Origin: Patescibacteria group bacterium
Lineage (GTDB): Bacteria > Patescibacteriota > Minisyncoccia > UBA6257 > UBA9933
Direction: 5' to 3'
NCBI GenBank assembly: GCA_038078555.1
Contig: JBBTYQ010000008.1
Location: 1 to 56,182 of the forward strand
DNA: 56,182 nucleotides
A program made the position numbers and the translations under genes. Under the pieces are notes generated by a model that was given only the letters and a program-made list of their open reading frames with translations, was not told where the DNA came from and made no database searches. Shown in pieces: positions 47,796 to 56,182 of the stretch (its first letter is position 1; each line of letters begins with the position of its first letter).

Positions 47796-47879
47796 CATCA
47801 GCAAATAATAACGACATTTTAATAATAGTCTTTAATTAAAAAAAACAAATTTTATATAGTCATTACTATTTATTACTCA

Positions 47880-47908
47880 ATAATAGCATTAATTTTATAG
47901 ATTGTCAA
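47880..47908 (-). promoter_or_regulatory. sigma70 promoter driving the array and Tas-like gene
   Basis: TTGACA-17 nt-TATTAT with extended TGn. Confidence 0.8.
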
Positions 47909-48006
47909 GTTTATGTAATTTAACGGATTTTAAAAAAATAAAAGCCCAAAAGCTAATGTGCTTTCAGGCTCTGTGTCTTGTGTCTTGGCGTTTATTTTTC
48001 TAAGAA

Positions 48007-48552
48007 TCAAATTTCAATTTCACGATTGCTCTTTATTGTAAAATAAATCTCCTCTAGTCCATACTTTATCTCAACTGCATATTCATACTTTTCTTTCAAA
48101 TCATCATAAAAATTTTTAGAAAGGTCTTCTTTTCTAAACTCGGGCGATGCTATTTCTTCCATTTTAGTTAATATTAAAATCTTGTCTTTTTCAATAAGTT
48201 CCTTAAGTTCGCCGAATGAACTTTTCAGCTCACGAAATTCACTGGCGCGCGGAGTCTTTTCAATTTCGTTTTCGATAATTTCTATGCTTTTTATTATGTT
48301 CTCATAACGGTCAGCTACGGCCTGGCAAGCATACTGAAAAAGCGCGATTTTAATTTCGTATTCCTCGCTAATTATCTTATTTTCTATCGCATCTTCTATT
48401 GCGCTAAGTTTTTTTCCACTTTTGCTGATCTGCTCATCAATCACTGTAATTTTGGTTGTAATTTCTTCGAGCTCAAAGAATGTATAGCTGAAAAGTACCG
48501 TTAAAAGCACTGTCAAAAAAAGAACTTTTCTTATTGTTACCGCGCTTTCCAT
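48007..48552 (-). CDS. membrane-anchored coiled-coil hypothetical protein
   Basis: N-terminal transmembrane helix, AAAGGAGG ribosome-binding site. Confidence 0.65.
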   Translation of the reverse strand: MESAVTIRKVLFLTVLLTVLFSYTFFELEEITTKITVIDEQISKSGKKLSAIEDAIENKIISEEYEIKIALFQYACQAVADRYENIIKSIEIIENEIEKTPRASEFRELKSSFGELKELIEKDKILILTKMEEIASPEFRKEDLSKNFYDDLKEKYEYAVEIKYGLEEIYFTIKSNREIEI

Positions 48553-48628
48553 AGACGCCTCCTTTATAAAACACCTTATTTAATTGATAATGAACAGCTC
48601 CTTTTAAAATTAAGCAATAAATAGAGAA

Positions 48629-48946
48629 TTAAAGCAATGCTTTTGATTCTTTAAGTATTTCTTCCGGTAACGGATCGCCCGGCTTTGTTTTTCCCGGATA
48701 CCGCCAAGCGGAAATAACTTTTCGCTTAGTTTTTGTCTCTTGGATCATCGTCCAAATTTCATAAGGCCTTTTTAAACTGCCCGCGCTTTGCATCAGAGCA
48801 ATAGTATTTGGAGCAACGCCTTCTTCAATGCGCGCCGGCGCATGAAGCACTCGGCGCACTCTTTGTTCTGATAAATGATAGAAATTCATTTTCTGGAGCG
48901 CATGCTTTGTCCAAAATAAAACCTTTAACTTTTTCCCCAGTGTCAT
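48629..48946 (-). CDS. conserved hypothetical protein (DUF4258/BrnT-like fold possible)
   Basis: WTKHA..KM, EIW.M, VISAWRYPG. Confidence 0.65.
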   Translation of the reverse strand: MTLGKKLKVLFWTKHALQKMNFYHLSEQRVRRVLHAPARIEEGVAPNTIALMQSAGSLKRPYEIWTMIQETKTKRKVISAWRYPGKTKPGDPLPEEILKESKALL

Positions 48947-49012
48947 TTCACTATTTTATGATATAATTTGAATAATAAAAATGGTCAAAAATAAAAAATT
49001 ATTGTTTTATAT

Positions 49013-50968
49013 ATGGTTAATATAAAAAGATTTGCTCTTAATTTTTCGCCTGTTCTCCAATGGTCGCTTGTTTTATTCATGGTCTTTATTTCGTTTATTA
49101 TGATGCTCAACAGCTCGCTTCAGGAGTCAGCCACTATGGATGAATTAGCCCATATTCCTTCAGGCTACGGATATGTAAAATATCTAGATTATCGGCTTAA
49201 TCCCGAACACCCTCCCTTGGTGAAAGCATTAGCCGCTTTTCCCTTATTATTTCAAGACCTTAACTTTCCTACTGACAGATCGCCCTGGCAATCGGAAATT
49301 AACGGCCAATGGGCGGCTGGCGCGCAATTTTTATACGAATCAGGCAACGACGCTGATACAATTGTCCAATGGTCGCGAATCGGCCCGATGATTCTTACTT
49401 TAATTTTGATTATTTTTATTTATATCTGGTCAAAGGAATTAATTGGCCGCTGGTGGGCATTGTTGCCTGTTTTTCTTTTCTCTCTTTCTCCGACGGTTTT
49501 GGCTCACGGCCATTATGTAACAACTGATCTTGGCGCGGCTTTTGGCATATTTATCGCCACTTATTATTTTGTAAAATTCCTATTTGAACAATCTCGCAAA
49601 AATTTGATTTTTGCCGGTTTAGCTTTTGGTTTGGCTCAATTGTTGAAATTTTCCGCGGTTCTGCTTATCCCATTTTTTATATTTCTAATTGCCGCTTTTT
49701 ACGTTTGGAAAACTAAAAGCGAATGGCATCAAACTGCGCCACTCGCAAAACTAAAAAGATTTTCCGCCAGATTTTTAAGATATCTAAAATCGCTTATTCT
49801 TGTTTTTATCATCGGCTACGGTTTGGTTTACGCAGTTTATTTTGTTTTTACCATCAACTATCCGATTGAAAAACAAGCATCTGATACCGAATTTATTTTA
49901 TCTTCATTTGCCGGCAATCCGGACTCTTCTTTAGAAACATGCAAATTAAACTCTAAAATTGCGCCAGCCAGAAGAATAAGATGCCTCGCCGAAGTCAATA
50001 TTTTAATGAGCCAAAATAAAATTCTAAGACCGATGGCTGAATATATGCTCGGCGTTTTAATGGTCATGCAGCGTTCTAGCGGAGGAAATACCGGCTATTT
50101 TATGGGCGAAGTTTCAGCCAGCGGCTGGTGGTATTATTTCCCGGTTATTTTCGCCTTAAAAGAACCCATTCCTTCGCTGGCTTTAATGTCTCTTGCGTTT
50201 ATTATAGCGTTTTTGAATATTGTAAAAAATTTTAGATTTCCAACCTCGATAGTTAAGAAATTCTTTGACTATCTCGGCACTAATTTTGCCGAATTTTCCA
50301 TGATTTCTTTTGTTATATTTTATTGGGCTTATAGCATCAAAAGTCCGTTAAATATCGGAATTCGCCATATTCTGCCTACTTTGCCGTTTATCTATATTTT
50401 AACCGCCGGAGTAATGAAAAAATGGATAAGTTCCGGATCGAATGTAATCAAAAGAGAATTATGGGGAAAGCTAACAAGCTTGACTTCTGCTTTGATAAAA
50501 ATTTCGCTAAAATCTGCCGTAATAATTATTTTGATAATTTGGTATCTTGGAGAAACATTGATTAATTCGCCGTATTTTCTTTCTTACTTCAATCAATTCG
50601 GCGGAGGCACCAATAACGGATATCAATATGCAGTGGACTCCAATTACGACTGGGGCCAAGACTTAAAACGCTTAAAAAAATTCACGGATGAAAATAATGT
50701 CTCTAAAATCGCTATTGATTATTTTGGCGGCGGCAATCCCCAATATTATTTAGGGAATAAAGCCGAAGGCTGGTGGTCATCGAGAGGCAATCCAAAATAC
50801 GAATCAATCAAATGGATCGCTGTATCAATAAATTCCATCCAAGGGGCTATGGGTAATTTACATCCCGGCCATATCCGCAAACCCGAAGATGAATATAAAT
50901 GGATCAAAAATCCTTATCAGCCTTACGCCAAAGCCGGCACTTCAATATTTATTTATAAATTGGAGTAA
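49013..50968 (+). CDS. GT-C (family 39-like) glycosyltransferase
   Basis: TMDE..HI, NPEHPPL.K, DSNYDWGQDL, many transmembrane helices. Confidence 0.85.
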   Translation: MVNIKRFALNFSPVLQWSLVLFMVFISFIMMLNSSLQESATMDELAHIPSGYGYVKYLDYRLNPEHPPLVKALAAFPLLFQDLNFPTDRSPWQSEINGQWAAGAQFLYESGNDADTIVQWSRIGPMILTLILIIFIYIWSKELIGRWWALLPVFLFSLSPTVLAHGHYVTTDLGAAFGIFIATYYFVKFLFEQSRKNLIFAGLAFGLAQLLKFSAVLLIPFFIFLIAAFYVWKTKSEWHQTAPLAKLKRFSARFLRYLKSLILVFIIGYGLVYAVYFVFTINYPIEKQASDTEFILSSFAGNPDSSLETCKLNSKIAPARRIRCLAEVNILMSQNKILRPMAEYMLGVLMVMQRSSGGNTGYFMGEVSASGWWYYFPVIFALKEPIPSLALMSLAFIIAFLNIVKNFRFPTSIVKKFFDYLGTNFAEFSMISFVIFYWAYSIKSPLNIGIRHILPTLPFIYILTAGVMKKWISSGSNVIKRELWGKLTSLTSALIKISLKSAVIIILIIWYLGETLINSPYFLSYFNQFGGGTNNGYQYAVDSNYDWGQDLKRLKKFTDENNVSKIAIDYFGGGNPQYYLGNKAEGWWSSRGNPKYESIKWIAVSINSIQGAMGNLHPGHIRKPEDEYKWIKNPYQPYAKAGTSIFIYKLE

Positions 50969-50971
50969 AGC

Positions 50972-51052
50972 GACGTGAGCCGATTCTCTAAAAACTGGCA
51001 TTAATACTGACTAAAAAACGGCTCATCTCTAAAAATAAGGTGAGCCGTTTTT
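50972..51052 (+). repeat. dispersed structured element copy 2 with terminal terminator-like hairpin
   Basis: GTGAGCCG..CGGCTCA..TGAGCCGTTTTT; homologous to 20480-20580. Confidence 0.85.
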
Positions 51053-51079
51053 ATTCCGCCAAAATATCGTTATTGAAAT

Positions 51080-51610
51080 CTAATCAAACTTTACTTTCAG
51101 CTTTTTTGTTTTAGAGCGATTTACTTTCGGTAAAACAATTTTCAAAATACCGCTTTTAAAAGATGCATGCGCTTTATCCGGGTCAATTTCTTGAGATAAA
51201 ATGATTGAGCGCGAAAACATGCCCCAAAAAAGTTCCTGATAAAGGTATTCCTCTCGTTCTACTTTTTCCTGTTTTTTTCGAATACCTTTAATTGTTACCG
51301 ATTCCGGAGTGATGGAAATATCAAGATCATCGGCTTTAACGCCGGCAATATGCGATTCAATGATAATGCTTATCGGCGTCTGATAAACATCAACCACCAA
51401 CTGTCCTTCCGGACCTTCAAAAATATCCATCTCTTTATCTTCTTTTTTTTCCGATAAATCGATTTCTTTGCCCTTGTTTTTGGATTTAATTCCTTTTTTT
51501 GCCGGCTTAGCGTCGATTTCTATCGCTAAATGCGTTTTTTTTGGCTCAGCCTCTTCTTCGCCAATTGCATCAGTGCCGGCCAATTTTGCAAAAAATTCTT
51601 TGTCGTCCAT
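51080..51610 (-). CDS. Hsp20/alpha-crystallin small heat shock protein
   Basis: VDVYQT, IAGV, E..WG.FSRSI.L, GILKI.LPK. Confidence 0.9.
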   Translation of the reverse strand: MDDKEFFAKLAGTDAIGEEEAEPKKTHLAIEIDAKPAKKGIKSKNKGKEIDLSEKKEDKEMDIFEGPEGQLVVDVYQTPISIIIESHIAGVKADDLDISITPESVTIKGIRKKQEKVEREEYLYQELFWGMFSRSIILSQEIDPDKAHASFKSGILKIVLPKVNRSKTKKLKVKFD

Positions 51611-51618
51611 AATATTTT

Positions 51619-52314
51619 TTATCTTGGTTTTTTAACAAAACTCTTAATTTTTTCAAAATCCCGAAAAAGAAATAAAGCTATGATTACTATAAATAATATG
51701 GGAATTATTAATATCCCGCTATATGATAGTATAAGATAATTGAAAATAGCGTGCAACACGGAAGCCAGAATAAGGCCTTTCAAAACGCTAACCTTGATAT
51801 TTACTGATATATTCTTAAATCCTTTTGCCCAATAATAACCGACTATACCGGAGGCTAATGCATGAAGCAGGGTTGCGCCCACAAAGCGCAAAGTAAGTAT
51901 CCCCAATACGCCGTTAAGCCCTCCATCGGAAAAATAAATATTGTTAAAAGCAATAAAAATATTTTCCATTGCGGCAAATCCAAGTGCGGCTGAAATCATA
52001 TAAATCATCGCGTCAATCGGCTCGTCAAAAAATCGGCTCTTTCTTATGACAAGATATGCGGCCAAAAATTTAAAAACTTCCTCAATTGTCGCAGCAGCTA
52101 AAAATGAATAAAAATTATATTCGCTAAAACCGATCAGCCTGAAAAATTTCAAAGAGTAAAACTGAAAAAATATGGCAAGGAAAGTGATTGCCGCGCCTGC
52201 AATAAAAGTGCGGGCGATAATTTTTTTTGGCTCAGGATGGACATCTTCTCTGGAGAAAAAAATCAACCAGGCAAAAGAAGGAACAAGTCCTAAAAGTATA
52301 GCTAGTATAAACAT
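51619..52314 (-). CDS. PrsW family intramembrane protease
   Basis: EEVFK, FDEPID, GFAAMEN, HAL, HAIFN. Confidence 0.9.
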   Translation of the reverse strand: MFILAILLGLVPSFAWLIFFSREDVHPEPKKIIARTFIAGAAITFLAIFFQFYSLKFFRLIGFSEYNFYSFLAAATIEEVFKFLAAYLVIRKSRFFDEPIDAMIYMISAALGFAAMENIFIAFNNIYFSDGGLNGVLGILTLRFVGATLLHALASGIVGYYWAKGFKNISVNIKVSVLKGLILASVLHAIFNYLILSYSGILIIPILFIVIIALFLFRDFEKIKSFVKKPR

Positions 52315-52324
52315 GCATTATAAT

Positions 52325-54544
52325 TTACCATTTTTCTATAATTAATAATTTCTCCGACGCTTCGGTCGGAGCCCCAACTCCGCGACGTCGGGGTTTATCT
52401 TTAATGGACAAGTGTCCGTAAATTTCCTCGGTTATAAACGGCATAAAAGGGTGAAGCATTTTAATTAAATCATTAAAAATTGTTACAAGAAGAGCTTGAG
52501 CCGCCGCTCGATCATTCTTATTTTCGCCATTAAGACGCGATTTATTTTCTTCAATTATTTTATCGGCAAAAGTATGCCAAAAATAATGGTAAAGTTTTTC
52601 CGCTGCCGTATAAAATTTATAAGACTCCATAAGCTTTGTTATTTCTTTTTTTAAATCAGCTAATTCTTTAAACCTTTTTTTATCTAAAGCACTAAATTTA
52701 GGTTTTATGTTTTCGTTAAAATCTTCGCTATTGATCAAAATAAACCTTGTTGCCTGCCATATTTTATTGGCAAAATTACGATAGCCGCGAACTTTATCTT
52801 CTGAAAATACAGGGTCATTTCCCGGCGTATTGCCGATAATCAAAGCCATTCTTAAGGCATCGGCTCCGTATTCATTAACAATGCCTAAGGGATCAATGAC
52901 GTTTCCTTTAGACTTTGACATTTTTTTCTTATCTTGATCGCGCACTAAGCCATGCAGATAAACATATTGAAATGGCGCTTTTTTCGTTTTATACAATCCC
53001 AGCATAATCATTCTCGCCACCCAAAAAAATAAAATATCCCAACCAGTTTCCATCACACTGGTCGGATAAAAATTCTTATAATTTTTTGCATCTGGATACC
53101 CTAAAACAAAAAACGGCCACTGCCCCGAAGAAAACCATGTATCAAAAACATCTGGATCCTGGTAAAAATCTTTGTGTCTGCATTTTTTGCACTCCAACGG
53201 TTTTTTTTTAGAAACAACGGCTTCGTTGCAATTTTCGCAAAACCAAGCGGGAATTTGAATACCCCAGACAATTTGGCGAGAAATGTTCCAATCACGGATA
53301 TTTTTGAGCCAATGAAAATAAATCTTTTTAAACCGCTCTGGAATAAATTTTATTTCATTTTTTTTAACTGCGTTAACGGCTTCTTTTGCCAATGGTTCCA
53401 TTTTTACGAACCACTGGGGCATCAAACGCGGTTCAAGAATATTGGAACATTTATAACACAAGCCGACATTATGCTTATACTCATTATCAACTTTAAACAA
53501 AAGGCCTCTTTTTTCCATTTCTTCGGCAATGATTTTTCTTGCTTCCAAAATTTTCAAACCATGATATTTCTTAACTTCTTCATTATTAGGAAAATGTTCT
53601 ATTAAATTCATTTTACCGAATTGATCAATAACTTCTATCGGCGCAGAAATTTCGTCCTTATGTCTTTGCCATATTTCAAAATCAGTCGGGTCATGAGCTG
53701 GAGTCACTTTTACGGCGCCTGTTCCAAAGTCAGGATCAACAGCGTTATCGGCAATAACCTTGATTTTTGTTTTTCCTATCAATGTTTCTATTTCAATTTC
53801 TTTGCCGACAAATTTTTTATATCTTTCATCTTTTGGATGAACAGCTATTGCGGTATCTCCAAATTTTGTTTCAAGCCTCACTGTTGCAAGTGTTATCGGC
53901 CCATATTTTATATAATAAAGCGGGTCTTTTCTTTCTTCATGTTTAACTTCTAAATCGGAAAGTCCTGTCTGATGTTTTATGCACCAATTAACCAATCGCT
54001 TTCCGCGATACACAAGACCCTCGTCATACATCTGAATAAAAGTGTCTTGAGTTTTTGAAATGATGTCATTATCAAGAGTAAATTTCTCTCGTGACCAATC
54101 ACAGGAAGCTCCTAATCGCCGAATTTGATTTTCCATTGTCGCTTTATTAGCTTGAGTAAAATCCCAAATTTCCTGCCATAATTGTTCGCGAGAAATTTGA
54201 AAACGGCTTCTCCCCTCTTTTTCTAATTTTTTCTCGTAAACTACTTGAGTTTCAAAACCCGCATGGTCTGCGCCAGGCAACCAAAGCGTCTTAAATCCGC
54301 TCATTCTTTTATATCTAATCATTATATCTTCGAGAGCTAACATTAGAGCATGCCCTAAATGTAGAGAGCCATTGGCATTAGGCGGCGGCATTATTATGCA
54401 AAAGTTTTTTATTTTTTTTGTCTTTGAATTTTTGGGTTTTGCCACTGGCAAATTATCCGGATTAAAATAGCCGGATTTTTCCCAAATCTTGTAAATTTTT
54501 TCTTCTGTTTCTTTTGGGTCGTAGGGTTTATTAAATTTATCCAT
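52325..54544 (-). CDS. valS: valine--tRNA ligase (lacks the C-terminal coiled coil)
   Basis: PPPNANGSLHLGH, GTGAVKVTPAHD, WNISRQ, KMSKS. Confidence 0.96.
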   Translation of the reverse strand: MDKFNKPYDPKETEEKIYKIWEKSGYFNPDNLPVAKPKNSKTKKIKNFCIIMPPPNANGSLHLGHALMLALEDIMIRYKRMSGFKTLWLPGADHAGFETQVVYEKKLEKEGRSRFQISREQLWQEIWDFTQANKATMENQIRRLGASCDWSREKFTLDNDIISKTQDTFIQMYDEGLVYRGKRLVNWCIKHQTGLSDLEVKHEERKDPLYYIKYGPITLATVRLETKFGDTAIAVHPKDERYKKFVGKEIEIETLIGKTKIKVIADNAVDPDFGTGAVKVTPAHDPTDFEIWQRHKDEISAPIEVIDQFGKMNLIEHFPNNEEVKKYHGLKILEARKIIAEEMEKRGLLFKVDNEYKHNVGLCYKCSNILEPRLMPQWFVKMEPLAKEAVNAVKKNEIKFIPERFKKIYFHWLKNIRDWNISRQIVWGIQIPAWFCENCNEAVVSKKKPLECKKCRHKDFYQDPDVFDTWFSSGQWPFFVLGYPDAKNYKNFYPTSVMETGWDILFFWVARMIMLGLYKTKKAPFQYVYLHGLVRDQDKKKMSKSKGNVIDPLGIVNEYGADALRMALIIGNTPGNDPVFSEDKVRGYRNFANKIWQATRFILINSEDFNENIKPKFSALDKKRFKELADLKKEITKLMESYKFYTAAEKLYHYFWHTFADKIIEENKSRLNGENKNDRAAAQALLVTIFNDLIKMLHPFMPFITEEIYGHLSIKDKPRRRGVGAPTEASEKLLIIEKW

Positions 54545-54585
54545 AATACTTAATTGCCCAATTACTCAATTGCTTAATTACTTAA

Positions 54586-55623
54586 TCACCGAATTGCCTC
54601 AACATAAACTTCTGTTTTATTCGGGTCGGCCGCATTGAAATTAAGTTGACCGTTTGAAAAATCTTGCGTCAAAGAATTTATATAATTTCTTGTTTTAGTC
54701 CCAAAATAACCGGCTGCTGGAGAAATGCCAACGCTTTTTTGATAATTCATAAGCGATTGCTTGGTTATTGCGCCAAAAAATCCGGTAATTTCTCCGATAA
54801 AAAATTTATTTTCTTTTAAAAATTGCTGAAGCTGACTGACATCTTCTCCTTTTGAGCCTAACTTTAAATCACGGCTGAATTTATAACTGGGAGTCCCTTG
54901 GCTTACTGCCAAAAATGTTTCTTTAGGAAAAATAATCTTGAAAAATCTTTCTTCATATGCCATTAAATTATTCAGTTCAGTTTTAGAAGCGCTTAGCTTG
55001 ATATTATCTGAATTTACTAAAAATGCCGCTATTTCGGCTTTTGAAAATGGGTAAGGATTATTATTTATAATTAAACCGCTTACTTCAACGCCCAGTCCGT
55101 CTTCATTTGCTTTAGTAAAAATATCCCTCTTTTGTATTTTCGGCTGGGAAAAATCCGCTTCAGATTTCCAATCAACATCAAAAAAAGAAATCCTTATTTC
55201 GGAAATATCAGCATAATTAACATCAACTAAATCAAAAACGTATTTAATCTGCGAAGGATAAATAAATGATTTTATTTTTTGAGTTTTTATTACTTCCCCA
55301 TTATTAGTGTAAATATCAAACCCATAAGAAAAAATCGCGCCATAATTGCTATTAGAGTTTTTTATTTCTGCTGATAAGGCAGATTGCTTATCAACTGAAA
55401 ATTTTTTTACCCAGTTTCCTTCAATATCAGCCAAAGTTTTTATTGCGCAAGCCGGACACGACCCTCCGCAATCAATCCCCGTCTCGCTTTGATTTTTTTT
55501 GCCGTCAAAACAAGACGGCGCTGATTTAAACCAAATGCTATAAGCGCCAAAAATAATCAAAAAAAACAAAGCCAAATAACCGGCGCCATAAAGTAATTGC
55601 TTCACGAGTTTTACGGTTATCAT
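54586..55623 (-). CDS. membrane-anchored peptidoglycan-binding domain protein
   Basis: Transmembrane helix, CFDG..NQ.E.GIDCGG.C motif, LKLGSKGEDV..LQ.FL and G.FG..T peptidoglycan-binding signature. Confidence 0.8.
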   Translation of the reverse strand: MITVKLVKQLLYGAGYLALFFLIIFGAYSIWFKSAPSCFDGKKNQSETGIDCGGSCPACAIKTLADIEGNWVKKFSVDKQSALSAEIKNSNSNYGAIFSYGFDIYTNNGEVIKTQKIKSFIYPSQIKYVFDLVDVNYADISEIRISFFDVDWKSEADFSQPKIQKRDIFTKANEDGLGVEVSGLIINNNPYPFSKAEIAAFLVNSDNIKLSASKTELNNLMAYEERFFKIIFPKETFLAVSQGTPSYKFSRDLKLGSKGEDVSQLQQFLKENKFFIGEITGFFGAITKQSLMNYQKSVGISPAAGYFGTKTRNYINSLTQDFSNGQLNFNAADPNKTEVYVEAIR

Positions 55624-55657
55624 TTATTTAATAATATCCAAAAAAAGCTAAATTTGC

Positions 55658-55689
55658 AAAAAATAGAACCCCGCACTGCGGGGTTCTAT
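55658..55689 (-). terminator. rRNA operon terminator
   Basis: ATAGAACCCCGC-AGT-GCGGGGTTCTAT followed by a T-run. Confidence 0.85.
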
Positions 55690-55706
55690 AAATTATTGGC
55701 AATAAA

Positions 55707-55825
55707 TTCCTGGCAAAGCTTACTTTCCCCTTCGGCGAACCAAAAAGTATCATCAGCGTTTAATGCTTTTACTTCCGAGTTCGGGATGGGATCGGGTAGT
55801 TCACATTAAACTTAATCACCAGGAA
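55707..55825 (-). rRNA. rrf: 5S rRNA
   Basis: CCTGGTG..ACCCGATCCCATCCCGAACTCGGAAGTAAA..GCTGATGATACT..AGTAAGCTTTGCCAGG. Confidence 0.93.
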
Positions 55826-55889
55826 ATTATTGGCAACAATTAAAAATAATAAATTAAAATTATCCAGCTCATCGAATCCTGAAACTTTT

Positions 55890-56182
55890 TCGAGAAAATA
55901 CTGACTTATTAGTACTTCTTGGCTAAATCCGTTACCGGACTTACACCTAAAGCCTATTCTCGCTCGAATTTCGCTTGCGCAAAATTTTTGCGAGCGCCTT
56001 GCGGCGACGTGGTAGTCTACCACGAGTCTTGATATCTAATCTTGGGAGGGGCTTCGTGCTTAGATGCTTTCAGCGCTTATCCCTTCCGAACATAGCTACC
56101 CGGCGCTTCAGCTGGTGCCAAAGCCGGTAGACCAGAGGTTCGTTCAACCCGGTCCTCTCGTACTAGGGTCAACTTCCCTCAA
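55890..56182 (-). rRNA. rrl: 23S rRNA 3' end (partial)
   Basis: Sarcin-ricin loop AGTACGAGAGGACC; GGATAAGCGCTGAAAGCATCTAAGCA; 3' boundary approximate. Confidence 0.95.

Noticed and set aside
409-53953. Numerous short antisense or nested ORFs in the six-frame track (for example 8202-8627, 22011-22412, 38918-39358, 53174-53605)
   Set aside because: They lie opposite or within well-supported genes and show no recognisable motifs
55690-55836. 13-bp direct repeat AAATTATTGGCAA flanking 5S rRNA as a target-site duplication
   Set aside because: The flanks are quasi-palindromic and extend the 5S terminal helix; better explained as a processing stem
55597-56023. ORFs 55597-55809 and 55769-56023
   Set aside because: Overlap the 5S and 23S rRNA genes

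Overview
AT-rich bacterial chromosome segment (standard code 11) whose gene content and style match Patescibacteria/CPR, probably Parcubacteria. It carries a fragmented cell-wall/division cluster (murD, murC, murG, ftsW, mraY, ftsEX), scpAB, dnaX, comEC, a VirD4/HerA-like ATPase, translation genes (efp, mnmA, gltX, valS, frameshifted prfB, rplI, rpmA, ychF), five tRNAs and the 3' end of an rRNA operon. The standout feature is a self-contained minus-strand locus at 46468-47908. In transcript order it reads: sigma70 promoter, boxA-like site, three stem-loop RNA units, an IS110/Nop-domain (Tas-like) protein with an apparently degenerate RuvC active site, a fourth unit, and a terminator. Every unit has the same grammar (outer stem, CTA, 9 nt, TG, small hairpin, CTN, 9 nt, TG, outer stem) but different stems and spacers. 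This fits a stem-loop TIGR-type RNA-guided system that may be nuclease-dead. Other notable signals are a duplicated and antisense leader on the initiator tRNA, a tRNA-Thr that supplies the Shine-Dalgarno of prfB, a structured insertion in the 23S rRNA, a dispersed ~85-nt element with one copy invaded by a 20-bp palindrome, and palindromes and 7/8-nt tandem repeats inserted in frame in essential proteins. All calls are by eye; no database searches or folding programs were run.
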